A stretch of 64,000 bases of DNA from Cetorhinus maximus (Eukaryota), in the NCBI RefSeq assembly GCF_964194155.1, contig NC_135888.1, forward strand, positions 104,470,001-104,534,000, given 5' to 3'. Under the pieces are notes generated by a model, which ran no database searches, was not told the origin of the DNA, and saw nothing but the letters and a program-made list of their open reading frames with translations. How positions within the stretch are numbered: the first letter of the stretch is position 1; each line of letters opens with the position of its first letter. Shown piece by piece: positions 35,874-48,969 of this stretch. Position numbers and translations under genes: made by a program.

Positions 35874-37199
35874 CGGGTCTTCATGCTCGCTAATCCATAA
35901 TCCTTGAAGGGAATTACAGGCCACCACAAAAAGGGAAGATTTAAATACAAGTATTTTAGAAAGTAGAAATGCTTAGCTGAATCTGAAGCCAGAAGTGCAG
36001 GAATGTTCCTCCCAGCTCCCCAGCAGCCCTGAAGATGTTGCTGACTCCCACCTAGCCCCCCCGGATTCTGGCCTCCCACTTCCAATCAATGCCACACCCC
36101 ACCTCCTGATTGCTGCCACCATCCCATCCTTGCCCCTTCTCTCTATCCAAATCACCTCCGCTTGCTATCCTGATCACAGCCCTCTCTCTCTCTCGACTCC
36201 TGTCACTGTCCCTGTCCCTGCCCCTTTTCTGATTGTTGCTCTTCTCCCTAAACCCCTCTCTGAAATAGGCACGGCCACCCCACACTCAGCACCACCTCCC
36301 CACTCCCCCGACTCCCGCAGGATCTATCTGTAGGTTGCTGACAGAGACACACGGGACTAAAATTGAAATTTTCTTCACTCGCTTGCTGGCAGGAAATCCC
36401 AGCAGGTCTTTTCAGCTCACCAGTCTCATGATCAAATACCAGCAGGCCGCAGGCCTACACAATCCACCACTGGTCACACTCTCTGTGCCTAATTTGTTTC
36501 GCGTTGTAGGCCAAACGATGAAGAAAGGGTTAAATTAAGCAACATTCAGCCTACACACCTGTATTAATTTACTGATACTGTGTAAGGGCCTGCCCGAAAC
36601 CAATTAGGGCCAATTACCAGGGGTATTATGAAAGTGTAGTGGAGTGGTGTTACGTGAACCAAGCATAACAAAGTAACTGTTTTTTTTTAAAAAGTGTTAC
36701 TGATGAAATGAATGCAGAGGAAGAAAATTTCAGGCAAATAAATTACGTTAAAAAAAAAACAAATGATTGTTAAACTGCAATTTAAAGGTTTGTGATATAC
36801 ATTGTGCCAGCATTCCAATATATTGCAGCACAAAAGGTAGAAAAAACATTTTGGGTGTTCCACATATGTTTCCTCTATTTGAAACTCTCTAAGTTATATT
36901 TACCATAATCTTTTTTTATCTGTATTTTGCCCTCGTCGGGCAGGCACCGCAGGCGGGCCTGGGAGCGGTCACAAAAGTGACCACCGCCCGCGATCGGTCA
37001 CTAACCGTGATTTCATGCTGGTGGGCCAATTAGGGCTGCTCATAACGGCCAAGAAAGGCCGAGCAGGGGCGGGACCTTGTTAGCCGCCAGGTCCAATGAC
37101 AACCCAATGGCCATTATAAAGAAAGCACAGGCTGCCTCAGAAAGGCTGCCAGGGAAGGACGTCTGCATGCCCCTTGGACGGATGATGCAGTGAAGTGCA

Positions 37200-39048
37200 G
37201 CAGCAAACGCCAGGTGGGAGGGCAGGTCGGGTGGGCAATGGGGCCCCGGTTTTCCGATGAGTGTCTCACCATCCTCCTGGAGGAGGTGGCTTCCCAGGAG
37301 GGTCACCCTTGCCCCCAGATGGGAGGAGGAGGCCACCACACCTCATCAAGAGGGCATGGGAGAAGGTGGCAGCCCAGGTGGGCGGCCGTGATGTGGGGCG
37401 GCGCACATGGGTGCAGTTCCGGAAGCACGACAATGACCTGCTGAACTCAGGAAGGGTGAATACCGTGTTGGCATGGATCAGTCTGCAGGAGTGTAAAGGT
37501 GTGGCCATCCCCCGTGGGCCTCAGGGGCACTAGAGTCTGAGTGCCAACTGCCAATGACACCGGAGCTGGCCAAGGGGGTGAGCCCTGGCTGCTTGGACTG
37601 GTTGCCTTCGGCTCGAGGGCCACGACTTGGATGTGCCCGTGAGGTGTTCCTCAGCTGGGGTTGGCCATGGTGCAATGACGCTGCAGGTGGAGGGTAGACT
37701 AATCAATACTCCTCTGTCCTTTCAGGAGAAGACAAGCCATATCCAAGTAGAGAGGGCATAAACAGGCGGAGGGCTGCCCAACCTGCTGCTGCTCACAGTG
37801 CGAGCAAGATGTCCTGGAGCTGGACAGCTGGCATGTTCCCCATGCAACTGGGCGTGGAGGGACGAGGGTGCCAGACAAAGGTAAGAGCGCAGTGCACAGA
37901 AGTGAGGCTTTTGGATTGTGCAATCATTCTAGTGTAGTCTCTTCATTGATGTGAGCCTCGAACCTGGAGTCCCCATTGATCATTGGAAGACGAGGGCACC
38001 ATGATGCAGATCTCCATTTCTCAGCAGGGTGCCTGGCATGCACAGTGACAGTGTGATGACTTTAACTAATGACATGTTCTTCTTCTCCCTTTTAGGTTCG
38101 CCAGCAGGCGTTCACTCTGCAGACCCTGAAGGGCCACCCCTGACGCCGGAGGACCACTGGGCATCAATGTCACCTGTGTCGCACCCGTTTTCTGAAGCAG
38201 GTACCAGCGCAGATACCTGCACCTCGGTGGGCATTAGTTCGGCAGCAAGTATCTTGGCGCACATGGGTGAGGGTACTCCACACTCACATGAAGTGCAGGT
38301 GGAGACAGAGAGTGCCCAGGGCGCCGGCAGTCAGAGGACTGTTGGAGACCAGGACGATGCTCAGTCAAAGGTTGATGATGAACCTCTGGAGTTGTTCATT
38401 AGGCGGCAGATGCTGGATGTCCAGCAGGTTGTTCAGGAGCATCTGGTGGAGATCCATGTGGGTCTGTGTGCCATGGTCTCCGTGATGGAGGAGTCCATGT
38501 GGAGCGTGAGCACTGTGCTGACTGTCATGGGCGAGTGCACAGCCTCCTCCATTGAGTGAGTGGCGACTCTCATGGAGAGGCAGCTCCAGGGATAGAATGA
38601 GGTGATCCTGGGGTTGCGTTCGGACCTGCAAGCCCTCAGGTGGTCAGTATCGGTGTGAGAAATGGATGAGGCACCCAGTATTCCAGCTAGGTGTCGATCC
38701 ATCAATGGTGAGCAGGGAGATCCACAGCGGCCTCCTGTTAGCATATAAGCCGACTGTCGTCTCTGTGGGCTCCTCTCAGGACGCTCTGGATGACAGCAGC
38801 AGCTCCTCCACCCTTCTGCCATTGACCGTTGCATCTGATGAGGATGCAATGGCTGGCAAGACGCCAGGCATGACATTGGCCACTTCCTCCCAGGCAGGCC
38901 AGCCTGGGCTCCACTAGTCAAAGGACGACCACCAAGATTATCAAGGCAAAAAAGACAGCAGAGTCAGCAGGCTGTCTCCAATGCCAGTGCCAGTGAGGGG
39001 ACAGCACTTAGATGTAGCACTCGCAAGCGTAAGTTAAAGGCACCATGA
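37200..39048 (+). pseudogene. Harbinger Myb/SANT gene of copy B; exons ~37200-37455, 37726-37880, 38096-39048
   Basis: GPRFSDECLTILLEEVA, RAWEKVAAQV..TWVQFRKHDNDLLNSGR. Donors GTGAAT and GTAAGA, acceptors TTTCAG and TTTTAG, C-terminus RKRKLKAP*. Confidence 0.85.
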
Positions 39049-39339
39049 GCACAAGGGGGGCAGGTCATGGGTGATTTTATGTTCATTTATGTTTAATTAC
39101 TGTCTCCTGGTCTGGGACTTAAGACCACAAAGGTTGATGTCAAAGTCCTGTGCTTGTGGAAATGATATAAACCTGGTTTTGTCATCATGGCCTGAGTATG
39201 CTTCACCTTCTTATTTCATTGATGCAGGGTGTGCCAGTATGTAATGCTGGACATACGCGGCTCTGAACTTTATTGCACAGGTAATGAGTGCTTTTTGTGT
39301 TCAAATGAAAGGGTCCTTTCAGACATCTGGGATGGAGGA

Positions 39340-40600
39340 GGCAGCCTTGGCATGCATTTGAAGCTGATCTTTGATAGCATAGCTGAAGACATCCCTGGTG
39401 TCCCGGCCTCCCTGGAGGTTACCGAGGTCTGGCTCCACGCCCCTAGCATTATCCTCACCGCGCTCCTCTTCTGACTCACCACTGAACTCATCATCTGCGG
39501 CCTGTGCAGCTGCATCAAAATCCTCATCTTCCTGTAGGTCCACCCTTTTCCAGTGCCAGATTGTGGAGAGCGCAGCAGGCAACCACAATCAATGACACCC
39601 ACCCTGGGGGTTATTGTAGTGCTCCCCCTGAATGGTCCAGGCATCAGAAACACATCTTGAGGAGACCTATGATCCTCTCTACCACTGCCCTTGTGGCGTC
39701 ATGACTCGTATTGTACCGCTTCTCTGCCTCTGTCCTTGGGGGGCAGAGATGTGTCATGAGCCACCTCTTCAGCGGATAGCCCTTGTCACCCAGCAGCCAT
39801 CCATCCAGTCGGGCTGGATCACTGAAGAGTCTCGGTACCTGGGAGTGTCTCAGGATGTATGCATCATGGGAGCTGCCAGGGTACCTTGCACAGACTTGCA
39901 GAATCTGCATCCTATGGTCACACACTATCTGCACGTTCATGGAGTGGAAGCCCTTCCTGTTGACGAAGGCACTGGGCTGACCGGCTGGCACCTTGATGGC
40001 CACATTAGTGCAGTCGATGGCACCCTGGACACAAGGGAACCCAGCAATTGTGACAAAGCCTCTGGCTCGCTCAGCCTGGCTGGCCTCGTCCATACGGTAA
40101 AGAATAAATGTCAGTACCCGCCTGAACAGAGCTTCTGTCACCAGCTTGACACAACTGTGGACAGCTGATTGGGAGACTCCTCAAAGATCCCCCACTGATC
40201 CCTGGAAAGAGCTGGAGGCATAGAAATTGAGGGCCACTGTGACCTTCAGAGCAACTGGCATGGGGTGCCCACCCACACAGTTGGAGCTGATCTCAGACCC
40301 AATCATCTAGCAAATGGAGGTCATGGTCTCCCTGGAGAGGCGTAGCTTCCTTCGCCATTGCACCTCGGACATATTGAGGTAGCTGCATCGCCACCTGTAA
40401 ACCCTGGCAGCAGGATAGTGGTGTCTTCTGCAGCCCCTTCCACCTTGGACTGCCTGCTGGCCCTGCGCCCCTTGTGCCTGCACCTCTCATCCCACTGGTC
40501 CCTCCCCTGAAAGCTACAAAGGGACACGTGGCCTCCTCTCCCTTTTGCCCTCTTTTCCTCCTCAGAGGGGGTTTCCCCAGCAGAAACCACAGTCCCTTTT
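39340..40600 (-). pseudogene. HARBI1-type DDE transposase of copy B (decayed)
   Basis: GFPCVQGAIDCTNVAIK, FVNRKGFHSMNVQIVCD, YPGSSHDAYIL, WLLGDKGYPLKRWLMT, AVVERIIGLLK. Confidence 0.93.
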
Positions 40601-42639
40601 ACCAGGATAAAGGAAGGCTGTGTGATACCAGGAATGGTCCACAGCGTCTGAATCCTCCGGGGGCCTGGCCGACAGCAATGTATCCTGAAATGAGGCCTGG
40701 AAATGCTAAGAATAAAGCCCCGAACAGAGATGGAGCTGCCAAATACCAATAAGCAACCAGCTGCAAACTGTCTCCATAACTGCTCAGTACTCACACTGGC
40801 AATGCTGCTGATCCTTTTTATATCGCCCCTGGATGGGGTTTGAGGAGATGTCGGCTGGCCCCCAGCCCCTTTTTCCCATGTGATGAGCAGAAAATCACAT
40901 GGGCAACGTAAAATCTGAGACAATTGCATTATTAAGGGCCTTAAGTGCCTGCTAATTAATGGCGTGCACTGTTCTGGCGCCTGTGCGCGCCCGTCGAGCG
41001 AAATATTGCGAGAGTGCGCCATGACTTCGGGACACTCACCCGACGCCATCGTGCACAATTTTACTCTTGTTTGGGTTGTGTGCACGCTCGGCCGACGAGG
41101 GAAAATTTCTGCCCTATAGTTTAGCATTATCAAGTCTCACCAGCTAAGGGATTTCCAAATCAATTGAGAATAATTTTGCTTAATTAAAAATTTTATCAAA
41201 GCAACAGTGGATTATAGACTAATGGTGTCAAATACATAGCAATATATGCTGACATGTTAAATCGTGCCTCAAATCATGTGCGTACTATTTAGAAAGTGCA
41301 CAAACCTCATGTTAGGATAAGGTTCTACAGGCCCCAGTAACCATTTGGAACCTTAACCAATTAACTATTTGCTGTGTGATCACAAAGAGTGAAGCCTACA
41401 ATTCCTGAATGAGTATAGGTCTAATGGCAAGGGGAATGGTACACCATCTGTTTTGTCTGATGTCATGAGGGCTAATGCTGTAACATTGGCTATTGGGTGA
41501 ATTCCAGGAGTCAGAAATACCACTAATAGTGAGCTTGTCTAGGAGTTAAAGGCTTGTAGTACCTTAAAGGGGCAGGCAATGTTTTGGTTGAATCAAAGTT
41601 CAAAGAAAATGTCTGCAGGAAGACAGAGACACCCTACGCCACCACCCCGCCCCCAGTTTGTAGATGGTGCATGAGAATTGCTGTTGCAGGAACCTAAGCA
41701 ATGCTGAAGAGAACCTCCTTGATCCTGGACCCCCAAGCCTTCATTGTGGCCTGCTAATCTGGTCCTGGGGAAACCCTGGATTTACCTGTAAATCTGGGCT
41801 CTATGTCCCGCTTGTTTGGGGATTACCTGCAGTCCCAGCGGTGACCACAATTCCCAGTGTCGCTGCTGGGAGACGACAGCTGCCGACCATTTGATTGGTG
41901 GCAGCTGTTGGAGGAAGAACTTCCTCTCAGATGGGGAAGAAGACCATTTTGAGCCAATTAAAGGGCCAACATCTGTTAAGTGGCTGCTAGATGAGCTGGC
42001 AATGCAAATATTGTCTCACAGTCTCCCAGCAAGCATAAAATTCAGCCCCATGAGTAAATAGCCAGTGTGGGAAGAAGTTTAATAACCTTAGTGGATCAAG
42101 CAAGATAAAGTGAATTGGTCATATCTACTGAGTATGTGCAACCTAACCACTTATAATGGACTTTCTCTCACATTATGTTAAAGTATTTGATTGCTTTCCA
42201 TCAATAACCATGAGGCAGAATGATGCTTTTTACAACCACTGCTTTTGTCAAGATTTTTCAATGACTTCAATGGAAATAAATTTCAGGAGATATGTAAAAT
42301 GAGCTATCATCCATTTTACATTATCACACAGTTAAAATCTACTGCAATGACACTTTAGTCTGTTCTTCACCTTTTGAATCATTATGTACACATTTATGAG
42401 GCTTGTTGTGCAACCATAAATTGTTAATGAGGTAAGTATGTTTCAAGGTGAAGTGCTAACAGTCAGAAGATCATCATGAATCACCAGGTGCATTCCAGCC
42501 AGTGGGAAAAAATAACTTGTTCCTACACAAAGCAGCTTGTGCTTGACAGAATTTACTATCAATCCAAGGAATGGGAACTAAAAATATGAGCATTGATTAA
42601 GCTTCATGTACGATAAGGCATTATTTACTTGGGGTCATA

Positions 42640-43140
42640 GAGGTTTACAGCACAGAAAAATGCCCTTCGGACCATCGAGTCTGCAGCGGTCAAACAAGTA
42701 CCTAATTATTCTAATCCCACTTTCCAGCACTAGGCCCATAGCCTTGTATGCTTTGGCATTGCAAGTGCACATCCAAATACTCCTTAAATGTTATGAGGGT
42801 TTCTGCCTCTACCACCCTTTCAGACAGTGAGTTCCAGATTCCCACCACCCTCTGGGTAAAAAAATTCTTCCTCACATCCCCTCTAAACCTCCTGCCCCTT
42901 ACCTTAAATCTATGCCCCCTGGTTATTGATCCCTCCACCAAGGGGAAAAGTTCCTTCCTGTCTACCCTATCTATGCCTCTCATTATTTTAAACACCTCAT
43001 TCATGTGCCCCCTCAATCTCCTCTGCTCCAGGGTTATTTTACTCCAGTCTATCCCATCTCTCCTCATAACTAAAACTCTCCAGCCCAGGCAATCTCCTGG
43101 TAAATCTCCTCTGCACTCTCTCAACTGCAATCACATCCTG
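42640..43140 (-). mobile_element. CR1 LINE 3' end
   Basis: LEQRRLRGHMNEVFKIMRGIDRVDRKELFP..TRGHRFK..FFTQRVVGIWNSL, followed by the CR1 3' tail. Confidence 0.9.
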
Positions 43141-43179
43141 TGAGGTGATGGTTAGGCACTGAGGTTTATTTATTTATTG

Positions 43180-43565
43180 TTTCATGGGATGTGAGCATCA
43201 TTGGCAGGACCAGCATTTGTTGCCCATCCCTAATCACCCTTGAACTAAGTGATTGGCTAGGCTCTTTCAGAGGGTAGCTAAGAGTCAACCACATTGCTGT
43301 GGGTCTGGAGCCACATGTAGGCCAGGCCAGATAAGGATGGCAGATTTCTTGATTAGTGAACCAGATTTTTTTTTAACAACAATTAATAATAGCATTATGG
43401 TCACAATTACTGAGATTGGCTTTCAATTCCAGATTTTATTCAACTAAATTTAAATTTCACTAGTGACTGCAGTGGGATTTGAACCTATATCCATCCCCCT
43501 GCACAATAATTGGGGCTGTTGGAACTCTAGCTCAATGCTATTACCACTACACCACCATCTCCCCC
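43180..43565 (-). mobile_element. tRNA-headed SINE made of the 5' ~320 bp and 3' ~65 bp of the LINE at 53100-56290
   Basis: A box TGGTGTAGTGG (43554-43544), B box GGTTCAAATCCC (43485-43474). Body matches 55968-56290, tail matches 53100-53166, junction near 43243. Confidence 0.8.
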
Positions 43566-44399
43566 TTGCCAGCTTGTTTTTGGAAGAGGTATTTTAAGAC
43601 AGTTTTTGTTTGGTGTGTGGCAGATATAAAGTTTTGTTGCAACTATTTCTTTTAAATAATAAACTTTGTTGATGCACTGAAGGAAATTTTAAAATGACCA
43701 GTTAGTTAACAAATAATGGCTGTTTCAGAACAGGACCAAAACTGAAACCTGAACTCAAAATTTAACAGTTATTGAAGCATTTTGTTTTGTGAACTCCCAG
43801 AACATTGTAAGGGTCTATAAGAAATTAGGTTATTGTTGGACAGCTTACATTATGATGTAATCATTTGCCAAGACACAGAACTACAACTACTCAAATTAAA
43901 TTATTCACAGAAGTATCTCAATAAATATCAGTCAACAGCTGATTTCCTAGGACATTGCTCATAGCAACACAATAGTGTTTCATATACTTGTAGCCTCGTT
44001 GTTGGCTTCTGGTGTGCGTGGCCTATCTTATCTAGAGGGACGGTAATCTTATTCTGGTACTTGCTTCAACTGGTTTATGAACACTATATATAAGATAGGG
44101 TATGTCTCTCCTGAGCACAGACTGTTCCATCCTCTCTACATAGTCTCAGCATGACTGCAGATGTCGCTGATACATCATGGTTTAAATCATTCATTACTAT
44201 AACTATTCTATTAACCCATTACACTACACCTCCTCCCAAGTTTCCTATCAACTTCTTAACAACAATATTTAACATTAAAACTAATTACATTGTATTTCTG
44301 TGGCTCCCTTTTACTGCTACAGATTCAACCCTACTCCTACTCTCCCCCCTCCCAAGTCACTGTTGTGGGGTTCAGTCTCCCACAGTGTTTTCATTTTTT

Positions 44400-45650
44400 T
44401 GGTAAGATGTCTTGGAGACATGTGGGTGTTCCTCTTTTCCTTGAAGAATATCATCAACAGTGGGACAGCAACTTTGCAGGACTGCTGGTAATCAGAGTGT
44501 AGACTTCAGGACTGCTGAACTGTAAGGACCTGGCAGAGAAAGACTGAACCAAGAGAGAATACTGAAGAACATCAACATTTGGAGTCTCTTGAAGTAGAAG
44601 AGAAGAAATTAGGATGCTCTCAGGAATCATCTGCTCCCTCGAATCACACTGGGGAAAGACCTGAGAAGATGAAGATTCTTCAACTCCCATGAAGATTTTC
44701 GCAGCCGTATCATTCACTGTGAAAAAGTTACTGAAGATCTGAGATTCTATCGAATTTGGATGACGAGAAGAAGAATGACGAAATTCCTGTAGACATTTCA
44801 GGAAACAAAGAGATGATTTCCTGATGACATTTCAGAAAGGATGTTCACTTTCTGTAGGCAGTGGTAACATTGCCACACTTTTCTCTGTATGAAACTGGTC
44901 CACCATGGGCAATGGGAAGAATTTTGGGGGAAAAGAAGGTAAGACAACACCATTGTCTAATATGATGCGAAAATGAATTTCCTGTACAGGATTCTGAAGT
45001 TTTAGAAGCTCTGAAGGCTCTGCCTTGGCTTCTGCACTGAAGAACAGCATTAGTGGGAAGAAGATTTTCAGCTGAGGCTGAAGTGTGGGCATCAATTTAC
45101 TTTCACCCATGGAAACAGGTGCTACCAACTCTCTGGCAGTGTGATCCTCCACAGACTCAAGCATAGAATCAAGCAAGTTGTTCTCCATGGAAGATTCTTC
45201 ATGGTTAACCATTGATACACAAGGCATTGCATTGGTAGGTTCACTGGAATAAAGATCTGAATGCTGTTCTACTGCAGTAAACACAGCTGACTCCTCAAAA
45301 AACAGAGCCTTCATCTGGCTGAGCAGTAGATTGGAACAGCGTACCGACCATCTTCTTCAGGAAAGCCAACCCAGATCTAAAAAGTCTTCTTGCGGATGGC
45401 CACTATCTGCCACAGTGCCTTCTATATCTACCACCACTGGCCTAGCTTTGTAAAGAACTGAGAGATCCATAATCTCAATATCCACCCAGGGCCTAGTGGA
45501 TTGTGTTTCTGTGATGGAAAGGAAATTACTGTTCAACAAATAAACCTCCTCAGCGGCTCTAGGCTGCAAATTCACTGGTTCTACATAAAACTTCAGAAAT
45601 TTGTTCACAAAAGGCATCAGGATGTCCAAATGTTAGCCATCATCCAGTTT
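44400..45650 (-). pseudogene. Unknown acidic Ser/Glu-rich coding region (ORFX) in place of pol
   Basis: Three ORF-track segments (45357-45629, 44832-45314, 44454-44717) share one reading frame with the gag ORF. No YxDD, RNase H or integrase motif seen. Confidence 0.55.
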
Positions 45651-45849
45651 TTCCAGAACACTCAATAGTACGCCAACATCTCTATTCATTAAGGATGTGC
45701 ATTGATTGTGAACAACATAGAGAGAATCAACAACCTGTCTCCCTTGCAATGAAGAGGGGCAATTAGCCTACCTTTTATTGACAAGTTTGTGCTACCTGGA
45801 CCTTCCAATTTAATATCTGATGGATGGAGGAGTATTGGCTGAAGTCAGT

Positions 45850-46800
45850 CTAGAAAATCAGCTGCCATATTAATGCCAGCTCCAGTGTCAATCTTAAAGT
45901 TGGTGTCAAAGCCTTTAACTTGCTCTGTAGCTGACCAATAGCCTTAATTAAGACCATTTACTTCCCCTAGAAACTCTGTAATTTGTCTCTGTCTTAATTT
46001 CCAGTTTCTTGGATGGAGGGCATTTCATAAATATTCTCTTGTCTTCTTGCTCTATGAAAGGTGTTGGACTCTGAGAAATGCATGAAATGTCCAGTCTTCC
46101 TACACTGGAAGCATTCTGCACCCAATCTGGGCAATCTTGGCATCTGCATTGTTTCTTTGCACTACAATGTAAGCATCTCCAAATGGCTGCTATAGGGTTC
46201 CCACCCTTTCACCCATTTTGGCACGCTTCTGAGTGGGTGGGGTCATTACTCTAGGGCCTACCCAGTTAATGGAATCACCTAGAGCCTCAGCGTCGTGATG
46301 GATTATAATCCAACTTGGTCTCTCTGTGTTCCATGTGCCTCACATATTGAACTGTTTGGTCCAAAGTGAGGTCATCCTTGATCTATGGAAAGTCCAAGAT
46401 CTTTTCATCACGGACCCCAACGACAATGCGGTTGCAGATGAGTTTACCTTCCAATGTCCCGTGTCCGCAAAAGCTAGCTAGTCAATATAAGTTGGTAAAC
46501 AATAATTCGACTGATTCCCCTGGTCTTTGGGACCTTTGCTTAAAGTGCACTTGCTCAATTATAAAAGATAAAATTTGTTTTGCGCTAAAATATGTGTCAA
46601 AGGCTTTGAGGATGGTATTGAAACCTGCAGAGGTCTCTTCCACCCCCTGTCTCAAAAGGACATTGTTGGCTACCCTTCCTACGGCATAAAGGAATGAACT
46701 GACCTGTAGTTCTGCTTTGTAGCATGAGGGCCCAATGTTGATTGATATTGGAGAAAGTGTTTCTTCCATGACTCCTACTTTTGGCCTCTCTGCGGGCTAT
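45850..46800 (-). pseudogene. Gag (capsid plus CCHC remnant) and aspartic protease, decayed
   Basis: QVSSFLYAVG..AFDTYF..EQVHFKQRSQRPGESVE, RIVVGVRD, CFQCRKTGH, NFKIDTGAG (~45875-45901). Confidence 0.85.
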
Positions 46801-47519
46801 TGAGACTTTTGAACAGGTGGGGTTGGGGCAGTGACTGTCCTCCGGGTATGGACATCATTACATCGCTCCAATTAGCCTCCTTCTTCAGTAGGTTTGTGGA
46901 TCCTTCAGTCTACCAGGTTTCTTTGCACTTATTTGACATGTTCCTGTTGATGGCACCAACCCTTGGTTAGATTGGTGTCACTCCACTGCTACCATGTTTC
47001 ATATATGCATGGCATGGTTGCTGACTTCTGGTATGCATGGTCTATCTTACCTAGAGAGGTTGTAGTCTCTCTGGTACTTACTTTAACTGGGTTATGAACA
47101 CTAGACATAAGATAGGTTACAGTATAGGTATGTCTCTCCTGAGTATAGAGTGTTCACCCTCTCATGTGTTCAGCACATGACTGCTGATGTCACTTATATA
47201 TCATGGTCTACATCACTCATTACCATAGTTCTTCTATTAATCCATTACACCACAAATAGTATGTTAGACTCTTGTTTTCAGAGATTTTTAACAGAGATAT
47301 TCTTGTGCAAAAGGGCAAGTCCTTGTCATTTCAGTAATTCCTACTTAATTGCAGTCAGCAGAGACTTAAGTAATACACCCAAAGGAGAAATGTAGAATCG
47401 CTGACAGGAACTTCTGGTTTCCCATGTTTTACTGTATATATGCAAACTTAAGACATTATTGTCAGTTTAGAGGAGTAATGACAATGAACGCCGACAGTTT
47501 AAAACATGAACAAAAGGGA

Positions 47520-48410
47520 TGAATTCCAAAGGTGAGGTGAGAGTGACTGCCCTTGACATCAAGGCAGTATTTGACCAGGTTGGGCATTAAGGAGCCCTAG
47601 CAAAACTGGAGGCAATGCGAATCAGGAGGAATACCCTTCATTATTTGGAGTCATACCTAGCACAAAGGAAGATGGTTGTGGTTTTTGGAGGTCAATCATC
47701 TCAGCTCCAGGGCATCACTGCAAGAGTTCCTGAGGGTAGTGTCCTAGGTCAAACCAACTTCAGCTACTTCATCAATGACCTCCTGTCCATCACAAGGTCA
47801 GAAGTGGGGATGTTTGCTGATGATTGCACAATGTTCAGCACCATTTGTGACTCCTCAGCTACTGAAGCAGTCCATGTCCAAATGCAGCAAGACCTGGACA
47901 ATGTCCAGGCTTGGGCTGTCAAGTGGCAAGTAATGGCCATCTCCATCAAGAGAGAATCTAAGCATTGCTTAGAATCCTGCGGCAAGTAACTCACCTCCTA
48001 ACAAAGCAGCCCACTTGACTGGCACCCCAACTACAAACATTTGCCCCCTCCACCACCGACGCACAGTGGCAGCTGTGTGCACCATCTACACGTAGATAGA
48101 CACCAATTTCCAAACCCACAACCGCTACCATCTAGAAGGACAAGGGCAGCAGATACATGGGTACACCACCACCTGGAGGTTCCTCTCCAAGCCATTCACC
48201 ATCCTAAATGGGAAATATATCACCGTTCCTTCACTGTCGCTGGGTCAAAATCCTGGAATTCCCTCCGTAACAGCATTGTGGGTGTACCTGTGTCACATGG
48301 ACTGCAGCAGTTCAAGAAGGCAGCTCACCACCACCTTCACAAGGGCAATTATGGATAGGCACTAAATGCTGGCCTAGCCAGCAAAGCCCACATCCCGTGA
48401 ATGAATTTTT
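47520..48410 (+). mobile_element. CR1/L2-group LINE 3' portion with internal deletions (family of 53100-56290)
   Basis: ALDIKAVFDQV, VPEGSVLGQTNFSYFINDL, MFADDC, QQDLDNVQAW, and the shared 3' tail. Confidence 0.88.
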
Positions 48411-48969
48411 TAAAATATGCAATCATAGAGTTGTTCCGTAGCTGATTAAGGGATGTCTAGGTCAAACCTACATTGTAAGATTATAACTCAAGCAGCAAAT
48501 TACAGACGTCTATTTGGAATTGAAATAACATCAATCAATTTCTTATCACTTTCCAATTATACATATTTAATTAAGCACCGAACTGTTAAATTGACCTCAC
48601 TCCCCATATCTCAAGGAAAGAAGATTTCACTTTAATAGTTTAAATTCTCTGATTTTTACCACCACTTTGCCACTCAGGAATTTCCTCTGTTTCATTATAT
48701 AAAATACCTGTTGTGAGGAAACTTCCTGATGGATATTTTTGGTTGGTTTTGCTTTAATATTCATAAAACTAGCAATTTGTTTTCAACTTGGTTTCTGCCA
48801 TAAAATAGAAATATCATACTGGTGTTTTTTCGAGGTATGGGTTAAAGGAGATTAGCAGGTCTATGTAAACAGAATTTTAGCTCATAACCTGTGCTATTCC
48901 TGATCTAAATGTGTTTAATGAGATAACGTACAGCTGGATGCTGATACTGGAAGTAAAATTTAGAAAAGA

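Larger units (their letters stand above)
36920..41114 (-). mobile_element. Near-full-length PIF/Harbinger (copy B, ~4.2 kb, inverted relative to A)
   Basis: Right TIR GAAAATTTCTGCCC; left TIR eroded (CTGTATTTTGCCC). Transposase (-) and Myb (+) genes are convergent. Confidence 0.9.
43976..47254 (-). mobile_element. Gypsy-like LTR retrotransposon lacking RT/RH/IN (gag-protease-ORFX)
   Basis: LTRs 46995-47254 and 43976-44228 (TG..CA), 5-bp TSD AATAG on both sides, PBS TGGTAGCAGTGG, PPT GGGAGGAGG next to the 3' LTR. Confidence 0.92.

Noticed and set aside
40321-41133. 270-aa ORF (and similar 100-210 aa ORFs at 12111-12743, 33052-33378, 39632-40168)
   Set aside because: They are off-frame or antisense readings of GC-rich TE sequence with no recognisable domain.
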